DNA from: Lytechinus pictus
Lineage: Eukaryota
Reading direction: 5' to 3'
DNA: 60,000 nucleotides
Assembly (NCBI RefSeq): GCF_037042905.1
Contig: NC_087245.1
Span: forward strand, 1,738,001-1,798,000
Shown here: piece by piece, positions 23,601 through 33,905 of the stretch
Layout of the letters: each line of letters starts with the position of its first letter
How positions within the stretch are numbered: the first letter of the stretch is position 1
Notes under the pieces: generated by a model
The model's database searches: none
Told to the model about the DNA's origin: nothing
Seen by the model: only the letters and a program-made list of their open reading frames with translations
Translations under genes and position numbers: made by a program

Positions 23601-25085
23601 TCTGCCTTTCATAACCTGCATGAAGATGCTTTCACTTTACACACTAGTATTCCTATCAAATACTAAATAGTTGGAAAGCTTATGAAACAGTATAAATTTG
23701 CTACGTAGCATGGTTTTCAAAATGTTCATAACAGAATCTTTGAACCTCAATGCATTACACAGGGAATTAATAGGTCTACACTTTTTAAGAGGGTCTTTTT
23801 TTTATTCAATACATAATAAAGTGGTAAAGACCTCTTACAATAATGATTTTGTATCATTTGGGAATGTCACATTGAGGCATATATAATCCTGATCATGATA
23901 ATTCATGAAAAGCATTATCTTTTCAGAACAAGATACACAATACAATGGAGCCCATGGTAATGAGAAGGAAAATGAAAGTGAAAAGATGTTTGATCCAAAT
24001 TTTCCATCATGTTGAACAATACTTTAGGACCATCAAAAGGCAGAACATCTCATAACTTTTTTTATTATTTCCTTTCATCAGGCCTAAACCGTGCCCCTGG
24101 TGCTCCTGTCACAGGCTCTAATATGAAGGTTTCCCCAAAGAAGAATTCTCTACGTGACATCGCTCAAGACCTCCTCAGCCTTGGACACTCCCCAACCGCT
24201 GAAGCACTTCTAAAGGGAACAGCTGGACCACATTCTATCCCCAATCTCTCTAGACCAACTCAACAGCTAGAGTACCTTGCCAAAGTCAGTGGTTGCAGCA
24301 CCAAGTTTAATGATTTCCCAAAGGTAGGTCCAAGGTGAAGTCATATATGGTATACTCCGAACTACCAAACCAGGTTGCTGCCTGAGCTTCTGATATTATT
24401 ATTCGCCATGTAATTTCTGTCTTAATCAGCATCGAGGAGCATTTCATCAACATTTGTTGTCTGACGAGTTGTCATAACTTAAGAATTTTTGTGAGTTGTG
24501 ATTTTCTCGTAAGCAAACGTGTCTGGACTATTAGAATGATAATCGGCGGATAATGACAACTTGTCAGTGCTGAAAACTTCAACCAAATGAACCCCAGATC
24601 CACAAGCAGAATGCATTCATTAAATGTGCACTTTGCTTGAATTCCTGCATCTAGTTTTTCAATCGCAGGTTACACAATATTTGTATATATCTGTATAAAC
24701 TCTGAAATCACAACTTAGTAGCTAGATTTACTTTTTCAGTACTCTGGTACAAGTCTCCAAATTTGATTAATGATATGTCTATTTTTCTGTTCATTTATAC
24801 TCTACTATTATCTGAGAACTGAATATTTAACAGGCCATTATTTTCACATCATCACTTTGGCAAATTAGTGGTCTTGCTAGATATATAAGTGCTTCCATGT
24901 TACATCAACAGGGAAACAAACCTGAGTTCCAGTCTGTGGTGTACATCTCAACTGATCCTCAGTCTGCATACCGTGGTTCAGGTGCCACTGTAGAAGCAGC
25001 TCATGATGTAGCAGCAATCACTGCATTGAGAGCTCTAGCAGGCATCACTGATGGGGATACAAGCAAGAAAGGTGCTGGACGATAG
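11374..25085 (+). CDS. stau: Double-stranded RNA-binding protein Staufen homolog, spliced CDS join(11374-11646,12999-13253,14805-15192,15529-15712,16118-16400,16968-17132,17832-17987,18441-18542,20971-21141,22276-22333,23346-23507,24082-24323,24912-25085), ~870 aa
   Basis: Exon translations match Staufen: MANTKEKTSMCLLNELARYNK (dsRBD1), TPTVKLNSLAMK...VTVGEREFVGEGKT (split dsRBD2), KSDISLIYEAA...GPSKKDAKRKAA (dsRBD3), PVSRLVQILQAK...RRREF (dsRBD4), RKVTF, SSM IAQDLLSLGHSPTAEALL, QQLEYLAK (dsRBD5). All introns are GT-AG with compatible phases; total 2613 nt. Confidence 0.96.
12085..12925. mobile_element. Non-autonomous hAT-like element in staufen intron
   Basis: TIR TAGGCCCGTTT / AAACAGGCCTA; perfect 8-bp TSD TAATTAAC; subterminal CGTGTACACG repeats. 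Confidence 0.88.
12999..13253 (+). CDS. stau: staufen exon, dsRBD1
   Basis: gtag|GAA...AGA|gtgagt; EANNMANTKEKTSMCLLNELARYNKLQPKYELIKEKGPPHEKIF. Confidence 0.95.
14805..15192 (+). CDS. stau: staufen exon, N-half of dsRBD2 plus P/Q-rich insertion
   Basis: TPTVKLNSLAMKTGKQVHY; acceptor at 14805 or the in-frame alternative 14811; phase-1 donor gtttga. Confidence 0.88.
15529..15712 (+). CDS. stau: staufen exon, P/Q-rich insertion in dsRBD2
   Basis: ttctag| and |gtaagc; phases 1 and 2 bridge the flanking exons. Confidence 0.9.
16118..16400 (+). CDS. stau: staufen exon, C-half of dsRBD2 and start of dsRBD3
   Basis: HYVKVTVGEREFVGEGKTQKGARQNAASRAL...KSDISLIYEAA; atcag| and |gtgaga. Confidence 0.95.
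16968..17132 (+). CDS. stau: staufen exon, dsRBD3
   Basis: VLEERGQPHLKVF...EGPSKKDAKRKAAELML; gacag| and |gtaaga. Confidence 0.95.
17832..17987 (+). CDS. stau: staufen exon, basic linker and start of dsRBD4
   Basis: KNKKKKSKSLLK...HPVSRLVQILQ; aacag| and |gtaata. Confidence 0.93.
18441..18542 (+). CDS. stau: staufen exon, dsRBD4
   Basis: AKNEREPEFTVIDDRPLMERAGPHMIRRREFTIQ; ctgtag| and |gtacat. Confidence 0.93.
18636..20118 (+). mobile_element. Helentron/HINE-like non-autonomous element with internal tandem array (~8 units of 145-190 bp)
   Basis: Subterminal IRs GTCTCACCTGCA / TGTAGGTGAGAC, (GGC)n microsatellite, central GGTCAAAGGTCA repeats, T-rich insertion site, no TSD. Confidence 0.8.
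20303..20781. mobile_element. Kolobok-like palindromic MITE
   Basis: TTAA on both sides; TIR AGGGGAAGTTCACCCTG / CAGGGTGAACTTCCCCT; partial copies ~34720-34836 and ~51296-51630. Confidence 0.88.
20971..21141 (+). CDS. stau: staufen exon, end of dsRBD4
   Basis: ATGKGKTKKDAKKQAAENMLKLLGY; atcag| and |gtaaat. Confidence 0.93.
21283..21419. mobile_element. Short Harbinger-like MITE
   Basis: Imperfect TIR GGTCCCTTAACACAAAGC / GCTTTATGTTCCGGGCC; related inverted copy ~17221-17356. Confidence 0.5.
22276..22333 (+). CDS. stau: staufen small exon with RKVTF motif
   Basis: tttag|CCTGTAGAT...AAAG|gtaagt encodes PVDQEGDRKVTFKDEKQKK. Confidence 0.88.
22351..23117. mobile_element. piggyBac-like MITE
   Basis: TTAA|CCCTAAA...TTTAGGG|TTAA; GGGGGCTGAATCAGCCCCC palindromes near both ends. 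Confidence 0.9.
23346..23507 (+). CDS. stau: staufen exon (linker, GLAPGLLPMMP)
   Basis: cccag| and |gtagga; open phase-1/phase-1 exon. Confidence 0.88.
24082..24323 (+). CDS. stau: staufen exon, Staufen-swapping motif and start of dsRBD5
   Basis: DIAQDLLSLGHSPTAEALLKG...PTQQLEYLAKVSG...DFPK; atcag| and |gtaggt. Confidence 0.93.
24912..25085 (+). CDS. stau: staufen last coding exon, dsRBD5
   Basis: GNKPEFQSVVYISTDPQSAYRGSGATVEAAHDVAAITALRAL; TAG at 25083-25085; donor CAG|gtaggt 9 nt later. Confidence 0.92.
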   Translation, partial: GNKPEFQSVVYISTDPQSAYRGSGATVEAAHDVAAITALRALAGITDGDTSKKGAGR

Positions 25086-25385
25086 ACATCACAGGTAGGT
25101 TCCTTTGTCTATAGTGTGAGGAGGAGCTGCCATGTAGAGATTCTAATAAACTTCATTGCATTGGTCAGTGTGATCAGATGTGTGATCAGATGTGAATAAA
25201 CAAATACAATCAAACTTTGCATGATGGAGTTCCTAGTGGTATTATTTTATGAATAAAGTCAATTTTAATATTGATGTGGTATATGATTGGTGGGTATGTA
25301 CTATTGGATAGTTTACAAATAATACATGTGTTCTGTATATCATTTATGCATTTGTACTTTACTATAAATCAAAATTCTTTCTTAA

Positions 25386-26165
25386 CCCTATCTAGGCCGG
25401 GGGGGGGGGCCCCCTCAACGAATCGCGCGATATTTTCGCCGCGCGAATTTTTTTGACTGCGCCGCTCGCTGACTTTTTACTTTCAAGTCTTGCGCAACTT
25501 TTAAGACCAATTCTCCGTCACCCGGGTACGTGGTTCCGAAATCACGCAACGTTATGTAAGTGCATGTCAGACCAAAAATTGCTCAAAAACGTGGTTTTGT
25601 GTACAAAGTCAATGCAAATTGTGTTTTCAACCAAAATTCATAAATGTATGATTATTTTTTAGTTTTGCTGGTCTAAATGTAGTTATTTTATGCTTTTTAT
25701 TATCTCATAAGAGTCCCCAACAAATTTCATTGAAAAAACAATGAAAAACAAAAGGTCAAAAAAACAAAGAAATGCATAAGAAATTGCAAAAAACAATAGA
25801 TTACATAAGAAAATGATTTGATATCGCAATTTTTTTCATGTACACTTGCTAAGAACACCACAAAGTGTTTTTATACCAAAAAGTTGAACATTTGGAGCTT
25901 TATTTAGGGAGTTAGAGGAAAAAGTATGATTTCGCGTACTAATTACGCATAAATTAGCATAATCACTTAATAGTGATTCGCATGAAATAAATTACTATAC
26001 AATTTTGTAGATTATGTCCTAGGCAACCCGCGTGCCAATTTTCGGCGCGATCGCGCGGTCGACAGCCGAGATCTCAAGGGGGGGCATGGGAGGCCCCCCC
26101 GGCCATATGAACTCCAAAAATACCCCGGCCATATGAACTCCAAAAATACCCCGGCCTAGATAGGG
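25386..26165. mobile_element. piggyBac-like MITE, related to 22351-23117
   Basis: TTAA|CCCTATCTAGGCCGGG...CCCGGCCTAGATAGGG|TTAA; internal sequence homologous to the first copy; ~27-bp tandem duplication near the right end. Confidence 0.9.
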
Positions 26166-26741
26166 TTAAAAGAGGAAGTCTGTTTATCTCGTACATATAA
26201 ATCGTTTGAAATTTTTTAGTTACTCATGAACGAATGTGCCTAATATATAAGTTGCCTATTTAATTTTTAAATGTCATATAGTATGATATTAACTTCTCAT
26301 TCTAATATTGACATACCACTGCATCATCTCTTTGTTGATGTGCACGTGAAGCTTTGTTGGGGATGTTACAGATTATTTATTAATTGGTAACCAAGATATT
26401 TTATTTTTTATGTTGAATTTTGTCATCTTATAGCACTTTGAAAATCATTCCATTGATTTCAGGATATGAAATGGTAAATCAGAAGTGACAAATAAGGTGT
26501 TGTATAAGATCTATCGTTGCAATTCAGGAAATTTCCTGACAATTTATCAAAAAAATTCTGATTATGATGTATAATACCTAGAAAATCATAAGAGAGAAAA
26601 TTTTGATTTTTTTTTTCAGCATTTCTTGATTTAAGAAGGAATACCGAAGGCCTCTATGATTTGTTCCTTACCAAACAAGAATTGATGTATGATATCTGAA
26701 CCATGTTTCTTACCTTTTTGTTTGATTTTTTCATACAACAG

Positions 26742-27640
26742 GCTTCTTTGGCAGAAACGTGTAAGCTGCTGACAAACAGAATGGATGTTAACAAGTTCGT
26801 TCATAGAAAACTTCTTGAAAGAAAAGGAAATTATTATTATAAGATATATTGATATAAATTGATGATTTTATGTCATTATCATTGCACTTTTGTTTTTATT
26901 TTTAATTGAATTCTTATACACTTTTGCATGCAAACACAAGAATTTAGTTTCATGATAGTTTACCCTAGTTTTTATGGTTACACTTCGTAATTCCGAAGGT
27001 TCGTAATTCTGAAGGTTCTTTATTCCGAAACACGTAAATTGCCTATACCTCGATGTTCGTTAATCCGAAACGTAAAAGGGTTCGTTAATCCGAACATTTG
27101 TGGCGTTATTCCAAAGGTTTGTTATTCCGAAGGTTCGATAATCCGAAAACGAAATAAGGTTCGATGATCCGAAGGTTCGTCAATCCGAAAACGAAATAAG
27201 GTTCGTTGTTCCAAAGGTTCGTTAATCCGAAGACGAAATAAGGTTCGTTGTTCCGAAGGTTCGTTAGTCCGAAAACGAAATAAGGTTCGTTAATCATTAG
27301 TTTTCGGACGAACGAACCTTTGGAATTACGAACCTCATTTCGTTTTCGGATTAACGAACCTTCGGAATAACGAACCTCACTTCGTTTTCGGACTAATGAA
27401 CCTTCGGAATTATGAACCTCATTTCGTTTTCGGACTAACGAACCTTCGGAATTACGAACCTTCGGAAATACGAACCTTCGGAATATCCGAACCTTCGAAA
27501 TAACGAAGCTTCGGAATTACGAATGTATGCGGTTTTTATTATGTACTAAAATATTATGAGGCATCCTGGATTTATCTATAAGTTTTAATGTTTCTTTTTA
27601 AGTGATTATTCTTAAATAAAAAAAAAGGTATTTCTGGTGA
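26742..27640 (+). other. stau: Putative terminal 3'UTR exon of staufen (may extend further downstream)
   Basis: Strong acceptor ttttgtttgattttttcatacaacag at 26741 can pair with the donor at 25095; AT-rich; first canonical AATAAA at 27615. Confidence 0.55.
26976..27531. mobile_element. Foldback-type element with modular tandem-repeat TIRs (possibly Mutator-like)
   Basis: Left arm TTCCGAAGGTTCGT repeats (42-nt higher-order unit), right arm ACGAACCTTCGGAA repeats; flanked by direct repeat GTTTTTAT (26968-26975, 27532-27539). Confidence 0.85.
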
Positions 27641-29589
27641 AAGGAAGATCTTATTCTTTTGATTTTATTACATAGAATGAATGTATGTATATTCTTAATG
27701 TTTGCATGCAAAATTTGTCACAAGATGACTAAGAATAACATTGAAAAGAATTTATTAGGTGTGGTATTGTGAATATTGTTAATCAAAACAAAGTTGCTTA
27801 AAAGTTCATGTTTTATGCTTATGGATAGAAATGGCTTGCTTGTAGTTTTAAAGATAGTTAACAGATTGGAATTTCCTAAAACGATCAGAATTTGTCTTGT
27901 TTTCATTGTTTATATTTTGGAATATTTGGAAGGCCCAAACTTCATCATTTGTATTGTATTTTTGCTGATAAGTATCAACACTGAGGATGATGATTCTGAA
28001 TAGATTCACCATTAAGCTGTAAAACATGTATTTCTAAATGAATGTATATATATTCACACTACCATGCTGTGTATTACTTACAAGAATTAAAAGTGTAATG
28101 ATTATTAGATTAATGAAACTAAAAATTGAAAAAAAAAGCTGTGGTAGGTTCATTAAATGGAGAGGGCCCTCCCATTGCTTTTTATTTGAATGAAAACCTT
28201 TGTTTCACCATGCATTAATTATTCAAAAAGAAGTCGACTTATGTCTGAAGAAAATAAATAATCTGCACACGAAAGTTGTAAAAGTGGAAGTAGGAAAAAA
28301 CAAACGTGTTTTTGGAAAATAAGATAATTAGACAGAGTAGATGAAATAAAGATATCCATCACTTAGTGTTTTGATCTCTCTTCCACACAGATTCTTTTGG
28401 CAAATTGCCATAATTTTTTTTACCATTGTGTTTCATTGCCATTTATAATGTATTTTTTGTAGAAAAGACATAACAAAATGCATAATTAAAGCACCTACTG
28501 TATGTATCAGGGGAAAGTTTGCTGTTACATTGTACAGTTGTAGGATTATGGAACACATTTTTCAATTGCAAGATAGCTAATTTAAATGTAGAAAAGCTTT
28601 GACTCTTGAAAACATTTTGTTCTTTCTGCTTTCACTACAATGCAATTTGTATGTAGATTATTTACACCTAAAAAAAGAGGTCCTGTAGACATATACAGTG
28701 TGACAATATGTTTCTTAAGTTTTCACTTGCTGTTCAAAAGAGGTTTGGAGGAAAGAAGAAATAATACTATGAGCAGTGTTTGAAGCAAAGGTTTTTACTG
28801 CAAATGAAATCTTCAATTTATTTTACATCTATGTATTTGCTTATATAATGTGATGATGATGATAAAGGCATGTATAGGCACAAATTTTGCACCCGTGTTC
28901 ATAATCTGGTGTACAATTTATGTTTATCCTGCCTAAATGTATTTTTAAAGGTATTTTTTATTCACTTGCTTCACGGCTAGATTTCCTGATTTGTATGTAT
29001 TTATTTTAGATAAAAATATTGGACTGACCCTATTAATGAATAAGTCTTACTAGACTACTCCAAGGCATGTACCTATTTTGTTTTTTAAATGATGTACCAA
29101 AAGTTCTTTTCAACCCATCATATCAAGCATTCACACTATGGGTGAAAATATTATTTTGTGTCATGGTCATTTAATTCACGGTTGTACCTGTTAGATCGGA
29201 CTTTGATATAATATGATTCTGGATGGAATATTCAAGTAGGAAATCTACAACTTGTATATTCATCAGTAAGAAATTATCAAAATTTGCCAAACAATCCACA
29301 AATCACAGAAAACTATGTCTTATTATCTGTTATAGTATTATTATAGCACATGGGATTATCAGTGTAAGTTTTCATCACAAGGTTTATGATGAAAAAGGCA
29401 TTTTGTTGCTAATATTAAAGATGATTCAGAAGAAACCACAAAGACTTGTGCTAGAAGCATTATGTTAGTATTCTAACAATTCATCATTAAATACTCTTGG
29501 TTATGCAACATAGTGCTTGTACCTCTCAATATGTGTATTTATTTGTTTGGCATATTTCTTTTTAATGGCAAAAAGAAGCTGCTGAAAAA

Positions 29590-30410
29590 CTGCTTATCTA
29601 ATAAAAGAGAGCCAATGGAGTAAATTAGAAAGTCAAAAAGGGGCCTAAGCTTTCGATCCTAGCAGAATCTTCGTCGGAGGCAAAATGACAAACATATAAA
29701 GTGGAACAACCATAATATAGACCACAAACAAGCTACAGCAACACTAGAAACAAGGAGACAAAAGGGGCATTAGTGAGTAGAGAAGACCAATCAGGTTAGT
29801 GAAGGGGATGAAAGAAAAGGAGTAGGCAGACACAAAGGGAAGTTAGTGTGAGTAAGGCCAGTAAAAGACCTCAAGCCAAGAGGGATTAAAATAATGAGGC
29901 AGGCAACATCAAACAGGATCTGGAACAAAACAGTGATAATGGGATGAAAAACAAGAGAATTAGTGAGAGGTGGGTCAAACAGGTCACAAAGAAAGGCTTA
30001 ATAAACTGGTGCATAAGAGTGGGGAAAAAAAGAAAAAGAATGGGGAACAACTGATGTGCAAAAGACATATAAGTATATATGATAAAGCATTAAACAAACT
30101 AAGAGAAGAAGGTAAGTGTAAATATGTATCTATAAGTGATATGTATATAAATATATCCAAAAAAGAAATGTATATGAAAAAATATATAAATACACATATG
30201 GTGTAACTGATATTGTAATCCGCTAGGATTTTTTTTAAGAAGTTAAAGTTGTAGAAAATTTCATAAAATGGACTGTTCAAAACGGGAAAGAGATGGATAG
30301 TTAGAGATGACAGAGAGTGTGTGGGTGAAGATGGAGTGAGAGAGAAAGGGGGGGGGGGGTAAGGGTGGTGGCAAAATGAAGGTTCATTTATTTTAGTTTT
30401 TAACAATTAT
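29590..30410 (-). mobile_element. Penelope-like retroelement terminal remnant with minimal hammerhead motif
   Basis: Hammerhead-like fold at 29643-29681 on the minus strand next to a pyrimidine-rich (minus strand) low-complexity tract; boundaries approximate. Confidence 0.5.
29643..29681 (-). ncRNA. Minimal type I hammerhead ribozyme-like motif with variant core
   Basis: GCCU-CCGACGA-A-GAUUCU-GCU-AGGAUC-GAA-AGCU-U-AGGC: stem I, stem II, GAAA and palindromic stem III; CUGA changed to CCGA. Confidence 0.6.
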
Positions 30411-31296
30411 CATGGTTTAGAGGATTTCCCAAGCTTTGGGAACATTTTCAAACCAGGGTGGGTGATATTGACTAGCTAAAATAACAAATTTTGTGAGCAG
30501 TCATTTGATTTTTTTTCATGTTTTAGAAAGGCTTTTCGGATCGCTTGGTTCAGTTATCACATGGGGGGTGCTAGACATGAGCTAAATAAATAAAGGATTA
30601 TTGCGTGATAAACCAGATTATAAGTTTTCTTGAATGTTGTAAACGAAGTACTAATTTTACTTGAATAAAATTCTGATGTGAGTTCGTCACTTTTTTTTCA
30701 GACCATCTCCAGAAGCCTATTGAAAGAAGAAAAATTAAATCAAATAGAAAATGTAAAGTATGTTAAAATGTACATACCTATTATCAGAAAAGGGCCTTTC
30801 ACTGAACAGTGAATTGCCTTTCTTACAAATTCGGGTTAGTGTTTTAGAGTTCTCTGCTTAAGAGATTGGAAAATATTTGCAAGTTCATTTCATGAGATGT
30901 TTGAATAAACAATGAGTCAAAGAGACATCCAGGGGGTATTTTGTTGTCAGTGTTTTGTGTGTAGCCAATGTAAATTAGATGGTTCAAACAAGTTGAAATA
31001 CAATGAAAAAGAGAAGTGGCTAAAAATAATTCGCAAAGAAATTACTAGTTGTAGCCGTTTTAAGATTAATTCAAGTACATGTAATCTCATTCACCACCTT
31101 CATGTAGATCAATATGTTCCATTCATTTTTTCAGAACAGTGAGATGATAATGTAGGGGCTATTATTAAAATTAATCATAATTTTATTAGTTGGTTGAAAT
31201 CAAAATATCCTTGATTGATGACAATATATTGATATCATCATTAATCATGGATTTTTCTTGTTTTGATCATCAGTTATCACTGGCATATAAAAATTG

Positions 31297-31510
31297 GGGT
31301 GAGGGTAGCTCAGTCGGTAGAGCGGGGGTTTCTTCCGGTGACCCGGGTTCGATTCCCAAGTGGTGCGCTCGGGTGCGCTTGTGCCCTTTGGTAAGGCATT
31401 TATCCTCATTACCAGGTCCCTCGGAGAGGACCTTAAGCCGTTGGTCAACTGGTTGCTTGCTCACAGCTCACAGGCATTTGTGCGTTCTTAGCAGTCGGGT
31501 AAAAAAACCT
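31297..31510 (+). mobile_element. tRNA-derived SINE
   Basis: A box TAGCTCAGTCGG, B box GGTTCGATTCC, then GTGCCCTTTGGTAAGGCATTTA body and A-rich end; no full cloverleaf. Confidence 0.8.
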
Positions 31511-32556
31511 CGGTATGGTATGGTTACTTGGGAGCCTAATATGACACCCCCCCCCCTTACAAAAAAAAGGAGTGAAGGAAAGAAAAATGTGAAATACCCT
31601 GTATGCCATGTTATCATGATTAGGTCAAAATCTATCCCGAAACAAGAATTTTTGCCCCATAATCCATGTTGTGCCACTAGGTTCTTTTTTGTTGTTGCCT
31701 ATATCTACCTCATGATCGACGCCACGGAAAGTTGTGCACCCTTACAAATAAACCTATGCATAGGATTCACGTGTACTCTCGTAGAGAGTCGTTTTAGAGA
31801 TGTTCTACTCGTGCTGTTTTCGTATTACAAATGACCAGTTTTCAATGATTTCTCCACAAGCTGTCAAAGGCATTACTACTCATCGAAACTTTATTCATTT
31901 CTATATTATTTTAAACTTTGAAAGTATTCTAAGATTTGCAAGATTTCTCCCCTCCTGAGATTGAGTAGACTACCCTCGTGATGTGATTGTGTCCCCCCCG
32001 ACTTTGGTGTCTAGGGGTGTCTAGCCCTTGAACGTTTGATTTTTACTACAGTCAACTGCCGTGACTGGGTTAAGGTAGTTAGACCTCTTCCCACTCACGC
32101 TCTTTCAGCCAAAATGTCGGTGTTATTGGCAAATATGAAATCGTTCGCGTTGCAACTCTGACGAGACATCAATTTTTATTTAGCACCAGAAAAGTCATCG
32201 AAAGTCTCTCAGTATTTGTTTCAAGCTGTCCAATTACACTGCTTTCCTTCGGTTCAATCTACAACTCGTGGTTGATGCCAGAGTTAATTAAGCCTAAGGT
32301 GAGATTTATTTTTTCAGACAAAATTGCACTCGAACGAGTCATTCCAGCGGGAGCCTCCCCGCCGCTGCGGCGGAGCTCAAGATCGTAATCCACTCGCTCG
32401 ACTCCGTCTCCGACCAAGACTCAAGAGTTAGCCAGCCCATACATTGTAGCGCCCAGGACTGAGGTTCCTAACGTTAGAGAGCAAAAATCATTGACAGTAA
32501 AGTGCCCAAATATCGGACACTTAAACATAATTGGACCAAAACAAAAAAAATACAAT

Positions 32557-33366
32557 CAGTAGAGGCGCACGGCCAATATTGGAGATTATAAAATAGCTGT
32601 ATTATTTCAAGCATCGCGATTGGTCAATACACGTCACATGACATCCAACTTTTTTTGTGCACTGCAAAGGTGTGCAACAAAAATTGACATTGCACGCTCG
32701 AGCAAACCAGTGCGGTAGAAGTCCAACAAAACTGTACTGTAGGCCTAACTTTTTAAAAAATTGTTTCTGTGTTGCTATTTTATAAAACAAATAATGCACT
32801 TGCTCTGTCGTGCATAAAAGTAAATGCAGAGAAAGCTCGGTTTCTTCAGATGGAGCACACTGGGCACTCGCCGCAAGCGGCTCGTGCTCAGTGCGACTCC
32901 TATCTAAAGAAACCTCGCGTGCTCTGCATTTCCACTAACGCACTAGGCTGCATGCATTATTTGTATACTGTCTCCAATGTGGGAGATTATCTCCAATATC
33001 AGAGACTTTTGTAAAGAATTTGGGTATCCAATTTCAGAGACAGTCTCCAGTTTTGGAGACCAATTTCCTTTGTTTACATTTGCTGCAAAAGGATTACCTT
33101 GGCGGCAAATAAAAATGTGATAAGCAGATTCCTCATGAAAAATTACCCCTTTTCACCGTCTACTTTAAAAATTCACCAGGATTTTTGTTGTCAATCACAC
33201 ACAAAACAAATGGGCTTCTGACCTCAGTGAGACAAAATTTTGGGTGGGAAAAATCATGCTTTTGTTGGTGTTGTTTCTTTTGTCCTTTTGCAAAGCAAGT
33301 CTCCAATGTGGGAGATTGTCTCCCCTATTGGAGAGAGTCTCCCATATTGGCCGTGCGCCTCTACTG
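32557..33366. mobile_element. Non-autonomous TIR transposon with 5-bp TSD (unclassified)
   Basis: TIR CAGTAGAGGCGCACGGCCAATAT / ATATTGGCCGTGCGCCTCTACTG; TSD ACAAT. Confidence 0.9.
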
Positions 33367-33459
33367 ACAATCATTGAATCAAATAAAAATGTTTCCGTAC
33401 TAGTAATAGTATGATCAGGGGCACTCACACTAGTACGAGGTTAGTATATATATATACTA

Positions 33460-33905
33460 ACTTACCGACGGAGCTCACTGCGCTACTCTCTTACCCCCTT
33501 TATAATGATATAAATCTTCTCTTCAACCTCGTGGTGATAGCTGACCCCGCCATAAACTTTTAAAGACTGTACTATTGACGGAGCTTATTGCGTTACTCTT
33601 TTACATCGTTTATGATGATATACATTTAATTTTCAACCTCGTGGTGATAGCGGATGCCGCCGTGAACTTTGAAAGGTCGTACTATTGACGGAGCTCATTG
33701 CGTTACTCTCTTACATCGTTTATGATGATTTACATTTTATTTTCAACCTCGTGGTGATAGCGGACCCTGCCGTGAACTTTTAAAGATCGTGCTACTGACG
33801 GAGCTTATTGCGTTACTCTCTTACATCGTTTATGATGATATACATTTTATTTTCAACCTCGTGGTGATAGCGGATGCCGCCGTGAACTTTGAAAGGTTGT
33901 ATTAT
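33460..33905. repeat. Tandem repeat, ~4 x 110 bp
   Basis: GACGGAGCTTATTGCGTTACTCTCTTACATCGTTTATGATGAT...CAACCTCGTGGTGATAGC repeated at 110-bp spacing; followed by a looser ~190-bp duplication (33908-34240). Confidence 0.9.

Noticed and set aside
26985..27525. CRISPR-like repeat array and repetitive ORF 27106-27297
   Set aside because: No unique spacers and no cas genes; the repeats are inverted arms of a TSD-flanked element, and the ORF is a by-product of the 42-nt unit
31297..31372. tRNA gene
   Set aside because: A and B boxes are present, but the anticodon arm and acceptor stem are defective and it runs into a SINE body; the same applies to 57240
31190..31834. 214-aa ORF
   Set aside because: Runs across a SINE and other repeat sequence; no homology recognised
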